Shown: positions 53,781 to 64,000 of the stretch, piece after piece
Numbering within the stretch: the first letter of the stretch is position 1
Layout: every line of letters starts with the position of its first letter
NCBI GenBank assembly: GCA_964016885.1
Contig: OZ024741.1
Coordinates: 174,592,001 to 174,656,000 of the forward strand
DNA: 64,000 bases
From: Eledone cirrhosa
Taxonomy: Eukaryota
Reading direction: 5' to 3'
The notes under the pieces: generated by a model
Told to the model about the DNA's origin: nothing
The model's database searches: none
What the model saw: the letters and a program-made list of their open reading frames with translations, nothing else
Made by a program: the position numbers and the translations under genes

Positions 53781-54609
53781 AAGAGTGAAAAATAACATGG
53801 TCGGCTGTACAAAAAGGGTTTTATTTACAGTATTCACAATTGTTTCATGATCAGGTGAGTCTATAGGCCGCTGATCACTCGAAATTGCGTCACTCAACCT
53901 TAAATACAGTGTGTGTCTCTGATCAAATCAAATATATATATGGGTGACTGTATGTGTATCTGTGTGTGTTTGACCCAGAATGTTAATTTGCCTTTGTGTC
54001 TTCTCTTTGTTTCACATTTAACATCATTAACATAGGTAGTGGTATTTGTTTATGTTCCACATAGACATAAGTGTGTGGGTCAGTTTTAGAAAGGGCATCT
54101 GGACATAGAATTCCGCCTCAAAAAGTCTTATCCAACCCATGCCAACATTTGTATATGTGTGTCTGTCTATGCATGTGCTAACATCTTCACACAGTTTCGG
54201 TTTATTTATGTCCTGCATAAACAATACAGCTCACACGTTCGTGATTCAACAAAGCTGAGAGGAATATGTCATACTTAAAAAAGGAGTTTGGATAGGTGTC
54301 AGGAAGGGCATCTTTTCATAAAATACTACCTAAAAAAAAAATTGTATAACTTATGCCAACATGGAAAAGCAGACATAAAAATAGTTATGAAGCTGATGAT
54401 GTTTATGTTATTGAAAGGCATAAGTACCACTTCCATTTCACAGTGGAGTGGTAAGTTCAAGATAGAGCATCTAACCATCAAATCATTTTACATCCAAGCT
54501 CTTATGAAAATGTCTTAATATGAAAAATAGATTGTGCTAGTTTCAACAGACAACCAAAATATATTTATAAAGAATTTTTAAAACATGAAAGAAGTAAGTT
54601 GCCATCTGC

Positions 54610-54806
54610 CACATTCCTTTGAAGTACGTTGGAGGTAGCTACATTTCTCAAAGTTGGTCACCATCCACAATTTAAGGAGGTTGGTGGTAGCTATATTTCT
54701 CAATGTTAGTTATCATCCACCACTGAAGTACATTGGTGGTAGCTATATTTCTCAAAGTCAGTCACCATCCACAATAGTACATTGGTGGTAACTATATTTC
54801 TCAAAG
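54610..54806. repeat. ~45-bp tandem repeat, about four copies
   Basis: ttggtggtagctatatttctcaaag...caccatccac. Confidence 0.85.
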
Positions 54807-55192
54807 AATATCAGATAGTTTTAAAAAAGAAAACAAGCAACATATGCAATCAGAAAAAAAAAATAACACATTAAAGGGTTGCATTCATGTGTGTGTGTAT
54901 TTATATATATATATATATATTATAAATATATTGGAGAAACTCTGAAAGTGATTAACTTCTACTTCTTATTGTACTATATTGATACATATCTGTGTGTGTG
55001 TGTAGTGTCAAGAGATTCTGTAGACTAGAAAAAGGAAAAAGAGTGCTTTATGTTGTGTAAAGAGCTAGTATATGTATATAAGTGTGTGCGTGTGTATGTA
55101 TATAATCTTTTACCTGTTCCAGCCATCCGAGACCAGTTCAGATCTAGCTGTCAAAATGGCCAGAGCTCAGTCGTTGGAGTCCTGACTCTTTT

Positions 55193-55312
<120 letters not shown>

Positions 55313-55318
55313 TATATG

Positions 55319-55568
<250 letters not shown>

Positions 55569-55575
55569 TATATTT

Positions 55576-55617
<42 letters not shown>

Positions 55618-55629
55618 GTATATATATAT

Positions 55630-55976
55630 GGAGGTACATGGCTTAGTGGTTAGAGCATTGGCCTTGCAATCGAATGGTTGTGAGTTCAATTCTCAGACCG
55701 GGTGATGTGTTGTTTCCTTGAGCAAGACACTTTATTTCACATTGCTCCAGTTTACTCAGCTGTAGAAATGAGATGATAGGACTGGGGTCCATATCATTCC
55801 ACTGCAAAGTGGTCGTGGAGGTGCCACGGCAAAATAAGCACCCAGCACTCACTGTAAATGAGGTTGGTGTTAGGAAGGGCATCCAGCTGTAGAAATCAAG
55901 CCAGAATCAGTTCCCGTCCCACCCTTGCAAGCAGGGAAAAAGTGGACGTAAAATGAAATGATGATGATGATGATGA

Positions 55977-55977
<1 letters not shown>
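55630..55977 (+). mobile_element. tRNA-derived SINE family A, full length, inside a long (TA)n array
   Basis: A box tggcttagtgg, B box gagttcaattc, RTE-shared segment ggttggtgttaggaagggcatccagctgtagaaa and an (ATG)n tail. Confidence 0.92.
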
Positions 55978-56032
<55 letters not shown>

Positions 56033-56068
56033 TGTATATATATGTATATATGTGTATATATATATATG

Positions 56069-56101
<33 letters not shown>

Positions 56102-56268
56102 GTGTATATATATATATGTATATATATATATGTATATATATATATGTATATGTATATATATATGTATATATATATATGTATATATATATATGTATATATA
56201 TATATGTATATATATATATGTATATATATATATGTATATATATATATGTATATATATATATGTATATA

Positions 56269-56319
<51 letters not shown>

Positions 56320-56441
56320 GTATACATATATATTCACACAAACACACATTGACAGAGCTTCGCTGGAGATGTATTAAAATCATTATCATAGGTGACAGAT
56401 AATGCAGCTTAATGTTACCTGAATGTTACCTACAGCAGGTG

Positions 56442-56483
<42 letters not shown>

Positions 56484-56515
56484 CATACATACATACATAC
56501 ATACACACATATATG

Positions 56516-56552
<37 letters not shown>

Positions 56553-57068
56553 ATATATATATATAACATTTAGTCCATCATAAGAGTAAGTACTCACCAC
56601 ACATTTGCAAATGTACACATGCATTACAAGACTGATAAATCTATGGAGAGAACCATGCACATACCACACACATACAGAGAGAGAAATACACACTCCACAG
56701 ACATATATAGATAAACACTACACACACACACACACTCACATATAGAGGTACACACACCACACACATTTATATATAGAGAGAGGTATGCATAGCACACACA
56801 CACACATATATATATATAGAGAGAAAGGTATACATACTACACACACATATAGAGAGAGAGATGTACACATACATACACATGTATAGAGAAAGAGGTATTT
56901 TCATAAACAAGACAGCCGCATATAGCAATTATTTCTCCCCAACACATAACTAATTCATAACAAAATAATGTTGTTTCTGTTATTCCTTTTCCTGTCTGTT
57001 ATTCCTGACTTGGTTCTGTAGTATTTCACACTAAAACATATATGCATGTGTGTGTCTGCACATATGTA

Positions 57069-57118
<50 letters not shown>

Positions 57119-57555
57119 TTATTCATAACCGTGTGATAAATACTCTAAACAGCATTAAGAACACACATATACAGTGTATAGAGTTAATATAATATTTGTT
57201 AACACATTAAAGAGTATAAAATACTGTTAATACTTTTGTCTCTGATTCATAAAACATTCCATTTTTGGCACCAAATCTTTGCTACTGAAAAGATCAGGTA
57301 CCAGCCTGTCCCTAATGCAGAAAAGAAAACATTGACAGCAGTATAATTTTTTTTAGTTTTCTTTACATGTATCACAGACATAAAAATGCACAGGAACTGG
57401 CAATTGTCTTTACCAAAGCCTCTGGTAATCCCATGCCTTGAGAATGAGAGTGGGCAGGCAGAAACTGTTAAAATCAGTCGGATTGTACCTGTAATTGAAA
57501 AGGCTAGCCTTGTCAAACAATGTGTCATACTAAACTTCTCTGAGAATTATATTAA

Positions 57556-57766
57556 ACCTTTAGCATTTAAACCAGCCATATCCAGTGAGAATTCTCTCTC
57601 CTCTTTCTGTTCAAACTGGCTGTAACTGGCCACTCATACTGATGTTAAGGTCTTGTTCTGAAAATAAATAACATTGAAATCTCATAGATTTTTATATTAT
57701 GTGAGATAAAGCCTTTACTGTGAAAATATATAATAGTATATATATAGTAATGCTAATGCTAAAGGA
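57556..57766 (+). mobile_element. piggyBac-like MITE nested in a SINE body
   Basis: gaattata-TTAA-[MITE]-TTAA-gggtaca; an empty paralogous site gaattatattaagggtaca lies at ~57972. Confidence 0.85.
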
Positions 57767-58580
57767 TTAAGGGTACAGATGTTTGTGGATTGCTCAGTCA
57801 CTTACACATTAATTTTGTGAGCAGACTGTACCATTGATAAAACAACTGGAATACTCATCATTAGAGTGAACTGGGTGTACAGAAACTATGTGGAAGCCCA
57901 TCAGATGGAGTGTGTCTGTAATTCAAAGGAGCAACCTTGTCATACATTGCGTCATGCTGAACTCCCTCTCAGAATTATATTAAGGGTACAAATGTTTGTA
58001 GAATGCTCAGCACTTTCACACTAATTTAATGTTTATTGTACAACTGAAACACTTGTTAAAACTGATGGAGGGCCATTTTATTGTCCCTGGCAGAAAACAC
58101 AGTATCCCACGTTTTTCCTAACAATGTGATAGATTAGAAAAGATAAAGAGAATGATTTGGTTATAGAGTATGAAAGTAATTGAGTGTTTGACATCTGATT
58201 AAGTGGTTTATTGTGCTAAGAAGATCAATTCCTCTCATTTAGAAATATCTCAACTGTCAGTTGAGACAAATATTTTATTATTATTTTTTTCATTTTTTTT
58301 ATATTTTGCAACCAGTGACAGAAAGGATGAGGGGTGTGGCGGGGGGGGGGTTGATTTCAACTTTTCAATTTTGGTTTGAGTGGGGGTGGGGAGGCCTTAT
58401 AGTGGCTTCCTCTCTCTCTTCCCCACCCCAGTCTTATAGTCCTTAACATACACCCAGTTCTTAAGACCCATTTCCATCAGTGTGAATTTGTACCTTGTAA
58501 CATTAATGCTGATAGCCAGATTCTGGTCAATGAGATCATGAAAACATAACTGCTGCAGCTTAGAAAGAAGTTGTAATTTA

Positions 58581-58802
58581 CCCCTTTAGCATTTACATTA
58601 CTCTATATATACTATTGTATTTTTGTGTCAAAGGCTTTATCTTACATAACTATCTCACATAGTATCAAATCTATGAGATTTTGATGTTATTTATTTTGAG
58701 AACAATACCTTAAAATCAGTATGAGCAGCCAGTTACAGTCGGTTTGAACAGAAAGAGGTGAGAAAATTCTGGTCGAATACAGCTGGTTTAAATGCTAAAG
58801 GG
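58581..58802 (-). mobile_element. piggyBac-like MITE copy
   Basis: CCCTTTAGCATTTA...TAAATGCTAAAGGG-TTAA. Confidence 0.82.
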
Positions 58803-61800
58803 TTAAAGATGGTATTCACTGAACAGCAGGGAGGTGATATATGTTTTTCAGAGACATTATTTCCTATTAACCCTTTAACCCTTTTGATACCATCCTGTCT
58901 TAAACCACTCATGGTTCTATCATACAAAGTTGTTATTTTATATTTATCTAAAAACCTTCCATCATAATTTTATATAAGAACCTTTCTTAAGTTGTGTTTC
59001 AAACATCAACTTAATAATGATTTCTAATTTAGGCCAGCAATTTGTGAGGAGGTGAAAGCCAATCACAACAACCCTTTTACTTGGCTGGTACTTTATTTTA
59101 TCAAACCTGGAAGGATGAAAGGCAAAGTTAACCTTGGTAGGATTTGAACTCAGAGCACAAACAGCCAGAACAAATATTGCAAAACATTCTATCTGATGTT
59201 CTAACATCTCTGCCAGTCTACCACCCTTACACCAACTTCATTATATGTATTGATAAGACATGGTAGACAAATTCAGTTTTAGATTCAATTCAACAGACAC
59301 TGGTGTAATCCTGTCAATTTTGACAATGAGTATTCAGTTGTTTGCTCAACTGAATTCCAACTCATTTATTAGCATGCACCCTTAATGTAATCCATAAGCC
59401 AAATGAGGGTGACCAGGTTGAACCTTTGAATTACAGGTACAATCCATTCATTGGGCTTTCACACAGTTTCCATCTACCCAATTTCACTCTCAAGATGCTA
59501 TGCAGTGAGATTGAAACCAAAACCTCATGACTATGAAGAAAACTTCTTAACCACTCAGCCATACCTGCATCAACAGTATTACTTACCGGTTGTTAAGGCA
59601 TCCTCCAAAATATTGAAACCCATTAAGCTTACAAAAAGCTCTTGCTTAGTATTTATGGTAGCCAAAATAATATTTTGGAGACCCTTTAGATACTGTGAGG
59701 CCTTTGGTTAGAGCCACACTTCCCTTTTTCTTTAATCTGCTACTGTGTCAGACCATTATACTATCAGGAAAACTCTCTCACTAATTTCTGGCAAGCATCA
59801 GCACTTCTTATACTGCTAATACCTTTGAGAGAATTAGAATTATCACACAAGCTATACAGTATTATGTACCATTTGATAGGACAATCCCAAAAGGTTGTTA
59901 CCAATGGTGTCAGGCCATTGTATTATCTGGAAAAACTTCTTCATTTCGTACTTTCTGACAATCTGTAGCACTTCTGAACTGCTAGCTCCTTTGAGAGAAT
60001 TAGAATTATCACGCAAGGAGCTACTCACAATAAAAGGTTTCTCTCTATCAATGAAAGGTCAGCTATATGATGCTTATATGCAATGAGTGATGTTGCATGG
60101 TAGTTAAACATGGGAATTGAATGCAGCAGATAAGCTGAAAAGAATTGAAGTGAGCATACTTTGATGGATGTGCAAAGTATGTCTGTAGACGCTGCCTGCA
60201 TGATCCTCTCAGGAATAAGTGGGTGAAGGAGGAGGAATGGTAGCAAAGCTGGATATATGAATCAGATCTAATGTACAGGAGAGAAAACTGTGCTGGTAAC
60301 GGACATGTGTTGTGGATGATGATCATTAGGTGCCATGAAATCCTAGTGGAAGGAAGCTGCAGTAGGAGTCTAAGGAAGACCAGGGTGGATATTATGAGAG
60401 CTGATCCCAAATCTCTGAAGCTGACAGAGATGATGAAGGATTGCAATGAGTGGAGTAATGCTGAGCTGGAAAAGACTCGTCTAAACCATGCAAGCATAGT
60501 ACAACAGATATAAAATGATGATGATGATGATGATGATGATGGTGATGATGCAAGCTATACAGTATTATGTACCAATTGATAGGACACAGCCACCAAAAGG
60601 TTGTTACCCATGGGGTCAGGTGACTGTACTGTTTAGAAAACCTCTTCTTTTTGTACTTTCTGGCAATCTGTGGCACTTTTGATAACGCTAATACCTTTGA
60701 GAGAATTATAATTGTCACGCAAGTTAAATTATTCTTGTTGTGGAAAGAAAATCAATATTCACATATAAACACATGCACAAGTGCACACACATGCATATAT
60801 GCACCCAGCTGTACACATAAGCATGCAAATACACACACATATATATATATTTATATATATACACATATTCATATATACATGCAAACATACACATACACAC
60901 AACTGAACAAGCATAGACACACACACACACACACACACACACATATTACAAGCCGATAACATACATATACATACGCATACAAACATACACATATATTTAC
61001 ACCAGCCTACAATCACAAATCTACTGCCGATTTGACAATATTTATAGCTTCTGATTAAACTGCTTATAAAGCAGACAACAGCAACAACTACAAAAAAAAC
61101 CATCCAACAACAAGAATATTTTGTTTCTAATAACTGCTCAACCTACAGTGGGGAACGGATTGGTTCCATACACACATATGTGCACACAGTGGTTCTTATG
61201 CTCGCATGTGCATACATATGCACTGACTCTTGAATAAAACCTTACTGCAATCTATGTTTCTGTTACTGTATAGATTTTCCTCTCCGGTGATGACTAAACT
61301 AGCTTAATCGTTGTTCCCTAGCAATCAATATTTACAGTTCTACATGTTAGATATTGCCAAGTAAACTTTTCCAAACACTACAAGAAGCATGTTTCCTTCA
61401 TTTTTTTTCTCTCTGTTTTTCTCCCTTTCTTTATTTTACACAGATTCTCAATTCCAATATGAAAACCAAAAAAGGAAAAAAAAATTCCAATTATATATTA
61501 TACTTTGGGGAATAAATAATTATTTGGAAATTAATTTTTTCCAAGCTATGTTTGAACTTTAAGTTTGAGATTACATATTTTGAAGTTGATATTTTAAAAC
61601 ACACACACATACTTGTGGATTTGTGCCATCAATAATTACAACAACAGCATTGAGCGTATTTAATTTGGGGATTTCAGGATTGATATGCCATATATATATC
61701 AAGAGTTGCTGGATATATGAATAATCGTACAAACTGGGAAATCTGTAAATTAATAAGTTAATGGTTTGCATAAGAGAAACCCTATAATTTATGTTGATCA

Positions 61801-62349
61801 CTGATGTGGAAGTGATTAAAGAAAAAAAATACATTTAAAGAATTTATTTCTTTGATATAATTACATAAAAGTTCAGCTTTCATATATAAATGGCATAAAG
61901 GATTAAATGTACAAGTGACTTTAGAGAAATAACTTTATGGGGACAATTGTAGAGGTAAATCCCAGAACCTTGTGATGGGAAAGTGAACATCTTATTGTAT
62001 GAATATGACTGAGTGTAAGAAGAATCAGTTGTTGTGTGCAAGAGAGAAGACTGCATTGGTATGGATGATGATCGCTTGATGAAGAAGTGTCAGGAAATTC
62101 AGGTAAAAGGCAGACCAAGGAAGACCTGGACAAAGGTGGTGAAAGCTGATCTCACATCAGTGAAACTCACAGAAGAAATGACAAAGGAACACAAGTGGAG
62201 GGATGCTCTGCTGAAAAAATCCGTCCAACCCATACAAACATGGAAAAGCAGACATAAAAATGATGATGATGATGATATATATCCATATCGTGTTGACAGA
62301 CTTGAGAATGAGTACTCAATACTGAAGTAGAGTTTAAATATTCTTTATC

Positions 62350-62429
62350 ATGGCTAAGTGATGAGTCTTGTTACTCTGGCATTTCACCTGTGTACTAACA
62401 GGATCATCAAACAAGATTCACTTAGCCAT
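62350..62429 (-). ncRNA. Degenerate type I hammerhead-like motif with extended stem I
   Basis: Minus strand: atggctaagtga-a-tcttgt-tTGATGA-t-CCTG-ttagtaca-CAGG-t-GAAA-tgccagag-TA-acaaga-ctca-tcacttagccat. Confidence 0.5.
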
Positions 62430-62449
62430 AATAAATAATATATATATCA

Positions 62450-62995
62450 TCATCGTCATCATCATAACTGCTTAACGTCCACTTTTCCACGCTAACATGG
62501 GTTAAACAAGTTCTCCTGTTGTGAGAGAAGCCAAGTTAGACAATCATGTCTTGTTTATACAGAACTGATTTTTGTTTGGTTTCTATGGCTGGATGTCATT
62601 ACTAATGCCAACCACAATTACAGTGTGTAGTGGATGCTTTTTGTTGTGTCACCTACACAACCACTTTATAGTGTGGGCTGGATGCTTTTTGTTGTGTCAC
62701 CTACATGACCATTTTACAGTGTTGGTGGGGGAGGTAGATATAGGGGTGGAGTATGGAAGGGGATTGAGGTGAAGGTGGTGCATACTAAATGTAAGCTTCA
62801 GCCTGTGCTCATGGGAAAGTGAGTCTTCTGTATTACTGCATAACTCCAGAGATCCTGGTCCTGTGTCATCGCCTTTGAGAGGTGCAATTGTGCAAGGTTA
62901 ACTTTTATTACCTCATCCCAAGTATTCCTACTCCATAGCTTCCATCAACTTTGAGCGCTCTGCACCTTTTTATACAGCTGTTTGGTGTAGAGGTG
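62450..62995 (-). mobile_element. Decayed RTE 3' end
   Basis: Homologous to the C-terminus and 3' UTR of the 11865 and 52082 copies. Confidence 0.8.
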
Positions 62996-63240
62996 GCTGA
63001 TTAGTTTATGGGGAGAGGGGGGTGCAGTGGTGTCAGGAATGTGGTCAATAGAATGGGGGGGGGGGATAGTTCCATGCTTGCATGGGTTGGATAGATCCTT
63101 CTCAGTACAGCATCTCTTAACTTGTTGCATCCCTTTGTCATCTCTTCCAAGAGCTTTAGCAATTTGAGATCAGCTCTCACTACTTCCATCCAGGTCTTCC
63201 TTGGTCTTGTGATATATATAATGTGTGTGTTTTTCATGTA

Positions 63241-63310
<70 letters not shown>

Positions 63311-63365
63311 AGCGTGGAACATGGACGTTAAACGATGATGATGATGATGATGATGATGATATATT

Positions 63366-63484
63366 GTTTACGACCATATGACACTGAAAACACAGGTTCT
63401 CATCCAATCACCAAAGTTAAGCAACATCGAGCCTAATTAGTACTTAGATGGGTGACCGCTTGGGGAACCTAGGTGCTGTAAGCA
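63366..63484 (+). pseudogene. 5S rRNA: Full-length 5S rRNA-derived copy (pseudogene or SINE head)
   Basis: 119 nt gtttacgaccatat...agttaagcaac (A box)...ttagtacttagatgggtgaccgc (C box)...gtgctgtaagc, collinear with animal 5S; shows CpG decay and has no oligo-T terminator. Confidence 0.9.
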
Positions 63485-64000
63485 TTATCATCTAACCCAT
63501 GCTAGTATGGAAAAATGAAAGTAAAACAGTGATGATGTTGATATATATATATATATGTATATAGAGAGAGAGAGAGAGAGAGATACATGTATATATATAT
63601 AAATATAGATATACACATATGTATATATATATATAGAGAGAGAGATAGATAGATAGATAGATAGATATATGTATATATGTGTGTGTGTGTCTGTAGGGCT
63701 ATTGATTTAATATATTGTGCTATTAATAATAATTCAAATTAGAGCTATCAGCTTCAGGTTTGCAAGCCCCTTTTTCCATTGATAACCTTTGGCTTTTGTT
63801 TATTTGTTTTTTTTTGTTTTGGCTCACCAATGAAATATGTCCTCTTACATTTTTATTTATACATATTATTTGTTTACCTTATTTATTTTGCTGCCATTAC
63901 AGTAGCCTCTGTTTTCAATCATTGATAATTCCATTGCAATCCCAATGAAGTTCTCTTGCAGTATCCAACATTATCCATCAAATACTGTCTCTCCCTGTCT

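Noticed and set aside
53715-53897. N-terminal ~60 aa of the 472-aa ORF
   Set aside because: Read-through across a (TA)n tract into unrelated flank; the RTE is truncated at ~53714.
55630-55700. tRNA gene (also SINE heads at 32110-32180 and 34450-34523)
   Set aside because: A and B boxes are present but there is no acceptor stem, and the sequence continues into a repeated SINE body.
61400-61520. Strong plus-strand splice acceptor at ~61443
   Set aside because: No plausible donor or coding frame follows, and pyrimidine tracts are common in this AT-rich DNA.
63366-63484. Functional 5S rRNA gene
   Set aside because: Single dispersed copy with CpG decay, helix mismatches and no oligo-T terminator.

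Overview
Eukaryotic, AT-rich, repeat-saturated window with no convincing multi-exon host gene; it is probably intronic or intergenic. The repeat inventory and dense (TA)n/(ATC)n microsatellites suggest an animal genome, possibly a coleoid cephalopod such as Octopus (inference only). Supported features are a terminus-to-terminus but internally deleted and frameshifted Helitron (2256-5943), two long 5'-truncated RTE LINE copies with a PHD-like finger inside the RT plus many short RTE 3' fragments, several tRNA-derived SINE families, a 221-bp TTAA-flanked piggyBac-like MITE family, small CRE-, Dong/R4- and L1/Tx1-like relics, minisatellites and a 5S rRNA-derived copy. Most notable are several type I hammerhead ribozyme motifs of the Penelope/retrozyme kind (one intact at 6092-6127, and a pair forming a ~314-bp fold-back palindrome at 14158-14471), a 5S head fused directly to the RTE 3' tail (candidate SINE3-like chimera) and a MITE sitting at the same site in two copies of a host SINE. 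Nearly all other long ORFs in the track are microsatellite artefacts.
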